A stretch of 64,000 nt of DNA from an uncultured bacterium (GCA_965541585.1 CBEUCH010000015.1:7120-71119); one strand, 5' to 3'. Shown: positions 10,664-21,325, counted from the first letter of the stretch. Made by a program: numbers and translations. The notes: generated from the letters alone by a model not told the origin.

Positions 10664-10769
10664 ACCCATAAAAACCTATCGGGCCGGAGTCGGGACGCCC
10701 CGGGAAAAGTAAAGAACCGTTGTCATTCTAAAGATAGCATGAACTTGGAAAAAGTCAAGGAGGAATGTT

Positions 10770-11198
10770 GTGAGAACATTCATTTGCCTGATAATAATTG
10801 GCCTGCTGGCCGGGGTATTTGGGATTTTCCCCAATGTAGCGTCGGCTCAAATACAGTGCAAATACAAGGCGTCGATAGATTATGTCGGTATGTGGGGCCC
10901 CTACTACGACGCATGCGCGTCTGAAATGAAGACCACGTTTGAATACAATATTTCTGCTTTTGGTAGTTACAGAGTCATTTGGTGTCAGGTAGATAATACG
11001 CCCTATTCCGAACAGTATTGGGCTGGAGTCATTTGCGAAACTCCTCCATGTTCTGGATCAATAGTGGCGTATACGCATTGTTCAACATCATCTGATCATA
11101 GGTTACTCATGGATGTCGAGACGTGTAGTCCTAATGAGATAGGTTTTGTCTATCCATTTAAGTTGACCGCGGAGTACTACCTGTATACACCCGACTAA
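10770..11198 (+). CDS. Small secreted Cys-rich hypothetical protein (GTG start)
   Basis: It has a signal peptide (LIIIGLLAGVFGIFPNVASAQ), and AAGGAGG lies 6 nt upstream of GTG 10770. There are multiple Cys residues and no recognisable family. Confidence 0.4.
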   Translation: MRTFICLIIIGLLAGVFGIFPNVASAQIQCKYKASIDYVGMWGPYYDACASEMKTTFEYNISAFGSYRVIWCQVDNTPYSEQYWAGVICETPPCSGSIVAYTHCSTSSDHRLLMDVETCSPNEIGFVYPFKLTAEYYLYTPD

Positions 11199-11263
11199 AA
11201 AATCGATAACAGAAGATTACCCCCGGCGGACAAAAACCCGCCGGGGGGATTGAGGAGTGGCAA

Positions 11264-13555
11264 ATGCGTGAAGCTGGAACTGCGATAGTTGTTGTCAAGA
11301 TCTTGATAAGCATACAACTATGCCTAAGCCATGCCGTTGCCGACGAAGGACAGTGGTCAACGGCGGGGCCGGAAGGTGGAAGGATACGGACAATTGCTAT
11401 ACATGCCCAGGATAATCAGCGGCTTTATATAGGCACCATCGGCAAGGGCATATATCAAACAACCAACGGCGGCGAGGACTGGTTTCTGATGGAGGATGAT
11501 TCACTTGATCCGGTTATGCGCGATATCGTATTCCATCCGGCGGCCCCTGAGACGATGTATGCTGGTACATTAAATGGTATGTATAGAAGCTTTGATGAAG
11601 GGAACAACTGGGCCCTGATGAGGCCTCCGGGATACTGGTATAATAATATTAATGACCTCGAAATCCATCCCGTACATCATAATATAATATTTGCTGGGGG
11701 ATCATCCACAAACGTTAAATCAACCGATGGCGGTAATAGCTGGTATGATCTCGACCTACCCTGGGTGGCGGTAGTGGCCATAAGAACCGATCCTCTGCGC
11801 CCCGATACCATCTACCTGGCAACTCAATCGGCCCCGCAGGGCCTCTCGGTTTTCAGAAGCGAGGATCTCGGCGAGAACTGGTATCCGATTCACAACAACC
11901 TCGATAACTACCTCTGGGCCTGGTCCCTGGAGGTCGATCCCGTAAACAGCGATATTCTCTATCTGGGCGGAAGCAGTCATCCTGACGGAACGGGCATCTG
12001 TCTTGAAAAAACGACTGACGCCGGCGATTACTGGTTCGATATAACGCCGCCCGACCTGGCCAGCCCCTGGATATTCGATATAGCCATATCGCCTTCGGAT
12101 CATATGACAATCTACGCCTGCTCGGAAGCGGACGGCATTTTAAAAAGCACGGACGGCGGGGAGTCGTGGCGGGAGATCAACGAAGGCCTTAACGCCGCAA
12201 CGGTTATGGATGCCGAAATAGATCCCGTAACCGGTTTTATCTATATAGGAACGCTCTACTACGGTATTTATCGGTCTACCGACGGCGGCGGGAGCTGGCA
12301 GAAAATCAGCCATAACATTTATAGTTCGGAGTGCAGAGATTTCTCAGTTAATCCTCGAAACCCGGACTCGGTTTATGTTGCCACGATGAACGGCGTATAT
12401 CGCTCCATGGATGGGGCCCGGAGCTGGCAGGAGGTAGATCTGGAGTTCCCGGCTGACGACGAGCGGACCTACGGTGTGGCCATCGATCCTTACGATCCCG
12501 ATTTCATATACGTCAGCTTCTTCAACTATAGAGAACCGATAGAAGGCGGGATTTTCCGTTCCACCGACGGCGGCGACAGCTGGGAGATATTCTCCAACGG
12601 ATTGCCTGATGGCCGCTACTACGGCGACATAGAGGTGGCCGATTATGGAAATGGCACCCGACGGCTCTTTATGGCGGCCGTCGGGCTCTATTATTCCGAT
12701 GACCTGGGTGAAAGCTGGCATCTCTGCCAGGGCGGTTTGCCTGAGGATTTTTATTATGGAACGCTGGCAGTAAGCCCTGTAGATCCCGACTTAGTTTTCG
12801 TAAGCGATTGGGATGACCCCCGCCGGATATACAGATCCGAAGACGGAGGCCAGACGTGGCTCGAGTTTGAGGGGCCCCCCGGAACCGGCCTTTTGAACAA
12901 GATTACCTGCGATCCTGTCGACCCCGATCTGGTCTACTCATGCAGGTATTTCGAGGGGCTATTCATATCGACAGACAGGGGTCAGAGCTGGCAAGACATA
13001 AACAACAATCTGCCCCGGGACGCCGATTACTTCATCCCCTCGGGTCTTGCTATTAATCCTCTGAACCCTCAGAATCTTTATGTAAATGTAAGGTTCCGAG
13101 GTGTGTTTATCTCCTCTGACGGGGGCCAGAACTGGCAGGCTTTTAGCGATGGATTGAACATGGGATATTCCTGGGCGGTCACCTTAATAGCACCGTCGGA
13201 TACGAACAGGATCTGCCTGGCCACCGATTCCCGGTCGGTCTGGTCCATCACCCGAATTCCCACCTCAACCGAAAACGACGATGTTTCACCGAGGGAATAT
13301 TCGATTCTGTCAAACTATCCCAATCCCTTCAATTCTATCACCGTTATAAAGTACTCTCTATTGGAATCCGAGCCGGTTATTCTCTCTATATACAATCTCC
13401 TCGGCCAGAAAGTGACCACACTATTTGACGGTATACAACAGGCCGGCGAACACCACATCACCTGGGATGCTTCCGCTTTCCCCTCCGGCGTCTACTTCGC
13501 CCGGCTGAATACTCTGAAAAACTCGCAAAACATCAAGATGGTTCTGCTAAAATAG
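11264..13555 (+). CDS. Secreted BNR/Asp-box (Ycf48/sortilin-like) beta-propeller repeat protein with a T9SS CTD. This is paralog 1 of a tandem pair.
   Basis: It carries more than a dozen (S/T)xDGGxSW Asp-box repeats (TNGGEDWF, STDGGNSWY, SEDLGENWY, STDGGESWR...). The C-terminal YPNPFNSITVIKY...IYNLLGQKV...SGVYFARL...MVLLK is a CTD. Confidence 0.6.
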   Translation: MREAGTAIVVVKILISIQLCLSHAVADEGQWSTAGPEGGRIRTIAIHAQDNQRLYIGTIGKGIYQTTNGGEDWFLMEDDSLDPVMRDIVFHPAAPETMYAGTLNGMYRSFDEGNNWALMRPPGYWYNNINDLEIHPVHHNIIFAGGSSTNVKSTDGGNSWYDLDLPWVAVVAIRTDPLRPDTIYLATQSAPQGLSVFRSEDLGENWYPIHNNLDNYLWAWSLEVDPVNSDILYLGGSSHPDGTGICLEKTTDAGDYWFDITPPDLASPWIFDIAISPSDHMTIYACSEADGILKSTDGGESWREINEGLNAATVMDAEIDPVTGFIYIGTLYYGIYRSTDGGGSWQKISHNIYSSECRDFSVNPRNPDSVYVATMNGVYRSMDGARSWQEVDLEFPADDERTYGVAIDPYDPDFIYVSFFNYREPIEGGIFRSTDGGDSWEIFSNGLPDGRYYGDIEVADYGNGTRRLFMAAVGLYYSDDLGESWHLCQGGLPEDFYYGTLAVSPVDPDLVFVSDWDDPRRIYRSEDGGQTWLEFEGPPGTGLLNKITCDPVDPDLVYSCRYFEGLFISTDRGQSWQDINNNLPRDADYFIPSGLAINPLNPQNLYVNVRFRGVFISSDGGQNWQAFSDGLNMGYSWAVTLIAPSDTNRICLATDSRSVWSITRIPTSTENDDVSPREYSILSNYPNPFNSITVIKYSLLESEPVILSIYNLLGQKVTTLFDGIQQAGEHHITWDASAFPSGVYFARLNTLKNSQNIKMVLLK

Positions 13556-13742
13556 ATGGGCTTATGTTTAGGCGCTTAATCGGGTGTTACGTAGGCTCGT
13601 CCTGAAATATCACATTTTTCTCTTGACATCATATCATTTAAATGTTTATCATATAACAGAGTACATCCGCGAAGTGATTGACAGGTTTTAGATATGATAC
13701 CTCAAGGATTGCGGATTTTGACCCGCCGGGGGCATTGAGGAG

Positions 13743-16040
13743 TTGCAAATGAGTGAAGCACGATGTTCGCTGGTTGTTGCGACGATTCTTATATGCATAC
13801 AACTATGTTCTGGTCAAGCCATTGCCGATGAGGGTCGCTGGTCCAGCGGCGGGCCGCACGAGGCCAGGGTTCGGACCATAGCCATCCATCCGGACGATAA
13901 CCAACGGATATATATAGGGACTATTGAGAACGGCATCTACCAGACAACGGATGGCGGAGCCAATTGGTTCTTGATGGAGGATGATTCACTTGATATTACT
14001 ATACGCGATATAGTCTTCCATCCGGCGGCTCCGGAGACGATGTATGCGGGAACCCAAAGAGGTATGTATAGAAGCTTTGACGAAGGAAACAGCTGGAGCC
14101 TGATGAGGCCGCCGGGATACTGGTATAATAATATTAAGGACCTCGAGATCCATCCCGTAGATCATGATATAATATTTGCTGGCGGGTCATCCACAAACGT
14201 CAAATCGACCGATGGCGGTAATAGTTGGTACGATCTCGACCTACCCTGGGTGGCGGTAGTGGCCATAAGAACCGATCCTCTGCGCCCCGATACCATCTAC
14301 CTGGCAACTCAATCGGCCCCTCAGGGCCTGTCTGTTTTCAGAAGCGAGGATCTCGGCGAGAGCTGGTATCAAATTCATAATGACCTCGATTCTACCATGT
14401 GGGCCTGGGATCTGGCGATCGATCCAGTCAACAGTAATACCCTCTACCTGGGGGGCAGTAGTCACCCGCAAGGCACAGGCGTATGCCTGGAAAAGACGAC
14501 CGATGCCGGCGAGCACTGGTTCGATATCACCCCGCCGGGACTTGTCAGCCCGTGGATTATCACTATTACGATATCACCGTTTGACCACAGCACCGTATAT
14601 ATCTGCACTGAAGCCACTGGCGTTTTGAAAAGCACGGATGGCGGAGAAACCTGGCGCGAGATCAATGAAGGGCTTGATGCTCGAACTGCGGCGAAAGTGG
14701 AAATCGATTCGGTTACGGCGTATCTCTACCTTGGAACTTACTACCATGGTATCTATCGATCAACGAACGGCGGCGAGAGCTGGCAGAAAATTAGCAATAA
14801 TATCAATCAGGCCAATTGCGAGGATCTATCTATAAACCGGCACGATTCGGACTCGCTTTATGTGGCCAGCATAGGCGGCGTTTACCGTTCTGTTGACGGC
14901 GCTTCAAGCTGGCAGAATGTAGAGCTAGACTTTCCCTTCTACGAGACCAGGGCAAATGGCGTCCAGATTGACCCGTATGACCCGAATTATGTCTACGTAA
15001 GTTTCTACGATTACAGAGGCTTAGGCGAAGGCGGGATATTCCGTTCAACCGATGGCGGGGAGACCTGGGATATGTTTACCAACGGCCTGCCTGAAGGTGG
15101 CTATTACGGCAAATTCGCGGTGGCCGATTACGGAGACGGCTCCCGACGGCTCTTTCTTGGAGCTGTCGGGCTGTATTATTCCGATGATCTTGGCGAGAAC
15201 TGGGCTCTGTGCCAGGGCGGCCTGCCGTCTGATTTGTATTATGGAAGAATTGAGGTAAGCAACGTTGATCCCGATCTAATCTTTGTCTCTGACTGGGGTG
15301 ACCCCAGATTAGTTTACCGCTCCACTGATGGTGGTCAAACGTGGGCTGCTCTATCGAGCCCACCGGGGAACGGAGCTATAAACAGTATCGCCTGCGATCC
15401 TTTCAACTCTGATATCGTTTATGCCTGTAGATCCCATGAAGGAGTGTTCAGGTCCACTGACACCGGGCAGAGTTGGGTTGATATCAGCAATAATCTACCG
15501 AGAGATCCCGATTATTTTATCCCGTCTGGAGTTGCCATTAACCCTCTTAATCCCCAGATTCTTTATGTAAACTCGGCCCGTTACGGCATATTCGTCTCAC
15601 ATGACGGCGGGCGAAGCTGGGAGGATTTCAATGAAGGATTGCGAACCGGATATTCTCATGCCGTTACCGCCATTGCGCCCTCGGACACCAACAGGATTTT
15701 CCTTGCCACGAGCTCGCAGTCAGTCTGGACTATAACTAAGATCCCCACCTCGGTTGATAATGACGATGTTTCACCGAGGGAATATTCGATCCTGTCAAAC
15801 TATCCCAATCCCTTCAATTCTATCACCGTTATACAGTATTCTCTATTGGAATCCGAGCCGGTTATTCTCTCTATATATAATATCCTCGGCCAGCAAGTAG
15901 CTACCATATTCGAGGGATTGCAGCAGGCTGGGGAACATACGCCCACTTGGGACGCTTCCGCTTTCCCCTCCGGCGTCTACTTCGCCCGGATGAAAACCCT
16001 GAAAAGCTCGCAAAGCCTTAAGATGATTCTGCTCAAATAG
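13743..16040 (+). CDS. Secreted BNR/Asp-box beta-propeller repeat protein with a T9SS CTD. This is paralog 2.
   Basis: It is collinear with 11264..13555 over the whole length, with roughly 70-75% identity by eye. The same Asp-box repeats and CTD are present. Confidence 0.6.
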   Translation: MQMSEARCSLVVATILICIQLCSGQAIADEGRWSSGGPHEARVRTIAIHPDDNQRIYIGTIENGIYQTTDGGANWFLMEDDSLDITIRDIVFHPAAPETMYAGTQRGMYRSFDEGNSWSLMRPPGYWYNNIKDLEIHPVDHDIIFAGGSSTNVKSTDGGNSWYDLDLPWVAVVAIRTDPLRPDTIYLATQSAPQGLSVFRSEDLGESWYQIHNDLDSTMWAWDLAIDPVNSNTLYLGGSSHPQGTGVCLEKTTDAGEHWFDITPPGLVSPWIITITISPFDHSTVYICTEATGVLKSTDGGETWREINEGLDARTAAKVEIDSVTAYLYLGTYYHGIYRSTNGGESWQKISNNINQANCEDLSINRHDSDSLYVASIGGVYRSVDGASSWQNVELDFPFYETRANGVQIDPYDPNYVYVSFYDYRGLGEGGIFRSTDGGETWDMFTNGLPEGGYYGKFAVADYGDGSRRLFLGAVGLYYSDDLGENWALCQGGLPSDLYYGRIEVSNVDPDLIFVSDWGDPRLVYRSTDGGQTWAALSSPPGNGAINSIACDPFNSDIVYACRSHEGVFRSTDTGQSWVDISNNLPRDPDYFIPSGVAINPLNPQILYVNSARYGIFVSHDGGRSWEDFNEGLRTGYSHAVTAIAPSDTNRIFLATSSQSVWTITKIPTSVDNDDVSPREYSILSNYPNPFNSITVIQYSLLESEPVILSIYNILGQQVATIFEGLQQAGEHTPTWDASAFPSGVYFARMKTLKSSQSLKMILLK

Positions 16041-16129
16041 TTAGCCTGAACAAGGGCACGCCACCGGTTAAAAAAGTATTGATATTCCCCACAATCTTCT
16101 ATAATATAGAGCCTTAATCGGGGAGAGGT

Positions 16130-17413
16130 ATGAGAATCCTTGTAATTGGAAAAGGTGGTCGGGAACACGCCCTGGCCTGGAAGCTCTCGCAGTCGGACAA
16201 AGCGGAGAAGATCTTCGTGGCGCCCGGCAATGGCGGCATAGCAAAGCTGGCTGAGATTGTCCCCATCGCGGTCGATGATCTGACCGGCCTGGCCGATTTC
16301 GCCGGAAAAAACCGCATAGATCTGACCGTTGTCGGCCCGGAGCTGCCATTGACAATGGGTATCGTGGATATATTCGAGGAGCGCGGCTTGAAGATTTTCG
16401 GGCCCAACAAAGAGGCGGCCGAGATCGAAGGTTCGAAGGCCTTCGCCAAAAACTTCATGGATAAATATCATATCCCCACGGCGCGATTTAAGGTCTTCAC
16501 CAGCCACCTGGAGGCGATTGATTTCACGACATCGGCCAGTTATCCTCTGGTCATAAAAGCCGACGGTCTGGCTGCCGGTAAAGGGGCTGTGATCGTGAAT
16601 GATCCGGACGAAGCCAGATCGCAGATAGAAGAAATTATGGTAGATATGGTCTTTGGCGAAGCGGGTTCCAAGGTACTGGTCGAGGAATTTTTAACCGGGG
16701 AAGAGGTGACAGTAATGGCCCTAACCGACGGCGAGCGGGTTATTCCCATGGCTTCCTCCCAGGACCACAAGAGGATCGGAGAGGGTGACACCGGCCTGAA
16801 TACCGGCGGCATGGGAGCCTATGCCCCTACCAGCATCGTCAACGAAAAGATGCTGAAGCAGATTAACGATGAGATTCTCGAACCTACAATTAGAGGTCTG
16901 GCCGAGCAGGGCCGCAAATATACCGGTGTGCTGTACACCGGGCTGATGATCACCGATAGGGGACCGAAGGTGCTTGAATACAACTGTCGTTTCGGAGACC
17001 CGGAGACCCAGGCGGTTCTTCCCCTGCTCGAGAGTGATCTGGCCCGGATTTTCTCCGATATAGCAGACGGATATTTGAATATTGATGAGATCAAATGGAA
17101 AGACGCTCATGCGGCCTGTGTAGTGCTGGCGTCAAGGGGATATCCTGCGGCAGTGGAAAAAGGCATGGCGATTAAGGGGCTGGATAAGTTAGATTCTAAT
17201 AATTGCGTGGTATTCCATGCCGGCACGGCCAGACCCGGAAATCAATACATCACCGATGGCGGACGGGTCCTGGGTGTGACGGCAGTAGACAGGACTTTGA
17301 GTGGCGCTTTGTCCAGGGCATACGATACAATTAATAATATCCATTTCGATGGCATGCAATATCGGCGCGATATCGGTTGGCGCGCCGGAAAGGTAAACAC
17401 CAGCTATTTCTGA
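16130..17413 (+). CDS. purD: Phosphoribosylamine--glycine ligase
   Basis: It starts MRILVIGKGGREHALAWKL... and is similar to PurD across ATP-grasp lengths. AGGTATG starts the gene. Confidence 0.9.
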   Translation: MRILVIGKGGREHALAWKLSQSDKAEKIFVAPGNGGIAKLAEIVPIAVDDLTGLADFAGKNRIDLTVVGPELPLTMGIVDIFEERGLKIFGPNKEAAEIEGSKAFAKNFMDKYHIPTARFKVFTSHLEAIDFTTSASYPLVIKADGLAAGKGAVIVNDPDEARSQIEEIMVDMVFGEAGSKVLVEEFLTGEEVTVMALTDGERVIPMASSQDHKRIGEGDTGLNTGGMGAYAPTSIVNEKMLKQINDEILEPTIRGLAEQGRKYTGVLYTGLMITDRGPKVLEYNCRFGDPETQAVLPLLESDLARIFSDIADGYLNIDEIKWKDAHAACVVLASRGYPAAVEKGMAIKGLDKLDSNNCVVFHAGTARPGNQYITDGGRVLGVTAVDRTLSGALSRAYDTINNIHFDGMQYRRDIGWRAGKVNTSYF

Positions 17414-17880
17414 TGGGAAATATCGACGTTCTAATAGTCCTGGGGAGCAAATCGGATACTGAAACCGTTTCGGTATGCGGGGATATCCTGAGCAAATTCG
17501 GTGTGCCCTTCAAACAGGAGATAAGCTCCGCTCATCGTCAACCCGATAGGACCAAAAACCTTATTAAGGAAGCGGAATCCGGGGGCGTTAAAGTAATCAT
17601 AGCTGCCGCCGGTATGGCGGCACATCTGCCCGGCGTAGTGGCATCTTACACGACGTTGCCCGTCATTGGAGTCCCCCTGGCTGCCTCGGCTCTCTCTGGT
17701 ACAGATTCCCTTTATTCTATCGTTCAGATGCCCGCAGGTATCCCGGTGGCCTGTATGAGTATAGGATCTCACGGTGCAAAGAACGCCGCTTTATTAGCGA
17801 TCGAGATACTTGCCCTCTCCGACAGCGCTCTCAAAGACAAATTGAAAGCTTACCGCAAAGAGCTTGCCGGTGGACAATAA
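17413..17880 (+). CDS. purE: N5-carboxyaminoimidazole ribonucleotide mutase (PurE). An alternative upstream ATG lies at 17377.
   Basis: TGATG stop/start overlap with purD. Conserved VLIVLGSKSD, GVKVIIAAAGMAAHLPGVVA and LPVIGVP. Confidence 0.8.
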   Translation: MGNIDVLIVLGSKSDTETVSVCGDILSKFGVPFKQEISSAHRQPDRTKNLIKEAESGGVKVIIAAAGMAAHLPGVVASYTTLPVIGVPLAASALSGTDSLYSIVQMPAGIPVACMSIGSHGAKNAALLAIEILALSDSALKDKLKAYRKELAGGQ

Positions 17881-17963
17881 CGATCTGCCAGAATCTTCTG
17901 CACTCCGAATCTTGATGACAGGTATAAAATCATTCAGGTCTATGGCGCTGATGCTAAACCGGC

Positions 17964-18872
17964 ATGAACAGAAAGAGGAGACATCGTAGTATGCCGTCGA
18001 TCGGCCAGAGAATAAGCACCCCGGTGGCCTCCACCAAGATCTCAATGGTTTTCAATATCCTGTTATTGATATTGAAATTCTTTGGAGGATTCTTCGGGGG
18101 GAGCCGCGCCTTAATTGCCGATTGCCTTAACTCCCTTCTCGATATCGTGGCCAACTCCGCGGTCTGGATCGGGCTGAAATTGGCCGGAAAGCCCGCCGAT
18201 ACCGATCATCAATATGGTCATGGCAACGCCGACGTTATAGCAGCGTCATTTGTTGCGATCGTAATATTCACCACCGGGATTTATATCGGATATGATTCGA
18301 TTCATGTCATCCTCAACAGGAACTTCGGTATACCCAGTTATTTCGCTACCGGCGTGGCCGCCTTCACTATCATTGTGAAATCAGTCCTCTTCCGCTATAC
18401 AAAGAACGTGGGCGGAAAATTCAAAAGCGCCGCCGTCCTGGCAAATGCGCAGGATCATAAATCCGATGTTTACGCCTCTTCCGGGGCCCTGTTTGGCATC
18501 GTCGTATCCCAGATCGGCTATCCCATCCTGGATCCTATAGGAGGCTTATGGGTATCATTCTTTATTCTGAGAAACGCCGTAAACTTAATCCGGGATAATA
18601 TACACACGCTCATGAGCGGGGCTCCGGATAGGGAGCTTGTGGAGAGGGTCGAAAAGACCGCCGCTCAGATAGACGAGGTAAAAGGCATTTTAGCTACCAG
18701 GATGAGAACCCTCGGGTCCAGGCAATTCGTAGATCTCGAGATATTCGTGGATGGCAATCTAAGCGTTCGTGAAGGCCATAATGTCGCTCACCGGGTCAGG
18801 GATCTCTTGATCGCAAAATACGATGACATAACAGAGGTTATGGTTCATGTCGAACCCCGCATGGAGAATTGA
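17964..18872 (+). CDS. Cation diffusion facilitator (CDF) family metal efflux transporter
   Basis: It has a TM-rich N-terminus and CDF signatures (ALIADCLNSLLDIVAN, HGNADVIAASFVAI, DPIGGLWVSFFIL), plus a C-terminal cytoplasmic domain. Confidence 0.75.
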   Translation: MNRKRRHRSMPSIGQRISTPVASTKISMVFNILLLILKFFGGFFGGSRALIADCLNSLLDIVANSAVWIGLKLAGKPADTDHQYGHGNADVIAASFVAIVIFTTGIYIGYDSIHVILNRNFGIPSYFATGVAAFTIIVKSVLFRYTKNVGGKFKSAAVLANAQDHKSDVYASSGALFGIVVSQIGYPILDPIGGLWVSFFILRNAVNLIRDNIHTLMSGAPDRELVERVEKTAAQIDEVKGILATRMRTLGSRQFVDLEIFVDGNLSVREGHNVAHRVRDLLIAKYDDITEVMVHVEPRMEN

Positions 18873-18873
18873 G

Positions 18874-20109
18874 ATGAAAGTTGTTTTCTTTGAAGATCAC
18901 CATTATGCAAAATTCGATCCCATATCCCTTTCGCATCCAGTGTATATGCTGTTGCACGGGACATCGAAGCTATATTCGAAATGGATCACGGCCTTAAAAA
19001 GCAATGATTATTCGTTTTTGTGCAGGCCGCACTTAGCGGGCGTGCTCGCTTTCGAGACCGGCAGAGAAGTTAATGCAATCCCGGATGGGGATCTGCTATT
19101 CATAAATGGACGCTATTTGCCATCGGATAAGACCGTCTGGTTGGTGCAGGAGATTAAGAAGGGGGAAGCGCTCTCATGTGATGATGAGCTGGTTGCCTTC
19201 CGTATAGGCGATGACCGTCCGCCCAAACTTATAGAAATACTTGAAAAACTCTATGACACAAACACCAACGAGGAGTTGAAATCTTATCTGGCTATTGAAA
19301 AGATAAAAGCGGAGTGCGTTAACTATCTTTGGGATCTGGTCGATGGCAACGGAGCGATGATCGCCGGAGAATTCGCAGGGTTCAAGTCGCGATCTGCACT
19401 GGCCAGCGATAAAGCCAGCGGGGTGACAATCATAAAGCCGGAATCCGCATATATATCTCCTAATGCGGTGGTATCGTCTTCAGTCGTTATCGATGCCACC
19501 GAGGGCCCTGTCATTATTGATGATGACGTCTCAGTGGAGCCTTTTACCTTCATCCAGGGTCCTGTTTACGTTGGTCCGGGCTGCCTGTTGACCGGTGGGC
19601 GGATCAGGGGAGGATGCTCGCTCGGGCCTATGTGCCGGGTCGGCGGTGAGATCGAGGAATCGATTATGCTCGGCTATTGCAATAAATACCATGACGGTTT
19701 TCTGGGACACGCCTATCTCGGGGAATGGGTAAACTTAGGAGCCATGACGACTAATTCTGATCTCAAAAACAACTACGCACAGATAAAGGTGGCCGTAGGA
19801 AACGAGTTGGTGGATACAGGCCGGATCAAGGTGGGTTGTTTCATCGGAGATCATACCAAGACAGGTATTGGCACAATGCTTAATACCGGAATCTGTATAG
19901 GGTTCTCCTGCAATTTATACGGTTCGGGAATATTTGCTGAGAGGAGGATAAAATCTTTCGGCTGGGGGGCGTCCGGGAACCTCACTGAATACCGACTTGA
20001 TAGGGCGATCCGGACTGCCAGGGCGGCGATGTCTCGTCGAGAAGTTGAATTCACAGAAGTACATGAGAATCTATTTTCCGATATACAAAAGATCGATTCA
20101 GGGAATTAG
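18874..20109 (+). CDS. GlmU-like putative sugar nucleotidyltransferase with a left-handed beta-helix (hexapeptide) domain. The listed ORF starts at 18847; ATG 18874 avoids the overlap.
   Basis: The C-terminal half consists of hexapeptide repeats (VGPGCLLTGG, IGDHTKTGIGTMLNTGICIGFSCNLYG). The N-terminus lacks the canonical GlgC GGxGxRL motif. Product assignment is tentative. Confidence 0.45.
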   Translation: MKVVFFEDHHYAKFDPISLSHPVYMLLHGTSKLYSKWITALKSNDYSFLCRPHLAGVLAFETGREVNAIPDGDLLFINGRYLPSDKTVWLVQEIKKGEALSCDDELVAFRIGDDRPPKLIEILEKLYDTNTNEELKSYLAIEKIKAECVNYLWDLVDGNGAMIAGEFAGFKSRSALASDKASGVTIIKPESAYISPNAVVSSSVVIDATEGPVIIDDDVSVEPFTFIQGPVYVGPGCLLTGGRIRGGCSLGPMCRVGGEIEESIMLGYCNKYHDGFLGHAYLGEWVNLGAMTTNSDLKNNYAQIKVAVGNELVDTGRIKVGCFIGDHTKTGIGTMLNTGICIGFSCNLYGSGIFAERRIKSFGWGASGNLTEYRLDRAIRTARAAMSRREVEFTEVHENLFSDIQKIDSGN

Positions 20110-20276
20110 CATGCTGAGCGGCTTACGATTTGTATTGACAATGAATTCTGGTTTCAGCTATGATCGGCAACAGTTTCGATCCATTAAGGACGGGTCGAAT
20201 CAGACGATAATCTAAGAGAATGAGAATCTTTGAATCGATCTGGCCTCTTTGCGCATAAGCAATAGCTGGAGGATGA

Positions 20277-21269
20277 ATGCCCGAGCTTCGTAAAGATCCT
20301 GTGTTGGGGCGGTGGGTTATAATTTCCACCGAACGTGGCAAAAGACCCACTGATTTTCCCATCCAGTCGAGCAAACGTCAGGCAAAGCTTTGCCCGTTCT
20401 GCCCCAATAATGAATCATCCACTCCTCCTGAGATTTTTGCCGTCAGGGATAACGGTTCCGAGGCGGATTCACCGGGTTGGACATTGAGAGTTATTCCAAA
20501 TAAGTTCCCCGCCCTGAGGATTGAGGGCGATCTGAACCGGGAAGGCGAGGGATTATTCGATAAGATGAACGGCATCGGTGCGCATGAGGTGATTGTAGAA
20601 ACGGCTGCTCATGAGATGGACCTGGTCGATCTGAAGCCGGAGGAAATCAAGAATGTCATCGCAGCTTTCCGCGAGCGGATTATAGATCTCAAGAAAGACC
20701 CCCGATTCAAATACATAATGATCTTCAAGAATCAGGGTGAGGCGGCCGGTGCGTCGCTTGAACACTCTCACAGCCAACTAATTGCGACGCCGATCGTCCC
20801 AAAGAGAGTCCTCGAGGAGATGAACGGGTCGAGGGAATACTACGAATACAGAGAAAGATGCATTTACTGCGATATTGTAAAACAGGAAATCAAACAGGAT
20901 ATGCGAGTGGTGACGCGGAATGACCAATTTCTGGCTATTGCGCCCTTCGCCTCCAGGTTCCCCTTTGAGATATGGATTATCCCCCGGTTCCACAGTCCCC
21001 TGATTGAAGATATAAAAGATGAAGAAATGATGAATTTTGCATCAATAATCAAAGATACGTTAGGGAGGCTGACACGGGCTCTGAGCAATCCGCCGTACAA
21101 TCTAGTCATTCATTCATCTCCTGTAGAAAATAAATATCGAAAAGAATATCACTGGCATGTCGAAATAATGCCCAAACTGACGAAAGTCGCCGGCTTTGAG
21201 TGGGGGACCGGTTTCTATATCAATCCGACAACTCCTGAAGATGCCGCCAGGTTCTTAAAAGAGATCTAA
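20277..21269 (+). CDS. galT: HIT-family galactose-1-phosphate uridylyltransferase-like enzyme (GalT/ADP-glucose phosphorylase class)
   Basis: It has the zinc motif CPFCPNNE and the active-site HSHSQL (HxHxQ) in the usual GalT spacing, and is about 330 aa. Confidence 0.65.
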   Translation: MPELRKDPVLGRWVIISTERGKRPTDFPIQSSKRQAKLCPFCPNNESSTPPEIFAVRDNGSEADSPGWTLRVIPNKFPALRIEGDLNREGEGLFDKMNGIGAHEVIVETAAHEMDLVDLKPEEIKNVIAAFRERIIDLKKDPRFKYIMIFKNQGEAAGASLEHSHSQLIATPIVPKRVLEEMNGSREYYEYRERCIYCDIVKQEIKQDMRVVTRNDQFLAIAPFASRFPFEIWIIPRFHSPLIEDIKDEEMMNFASIIKDTLGRLTRALSNPPYNLVIHSSPVENKYRKEYHWHVEIMPKLTKVAGFEWGTGFYINPTTPEDAARFLKEI

Positions 21270-21325
21270 CCAGACCAATAAATGGGCTGATAGTTAGAGA
21301 TATAACGCTTGCTGGAGATCATACG

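Noticed and set aside
11756-12721. Several 85-125 aa minus-strand ORFs within the BNR propeller genes (also 14241..14516)
   Set aside because: They are GC-rich antisense frames of repeat-coding DNA. They are duplicated only because the host genes are paralogs.
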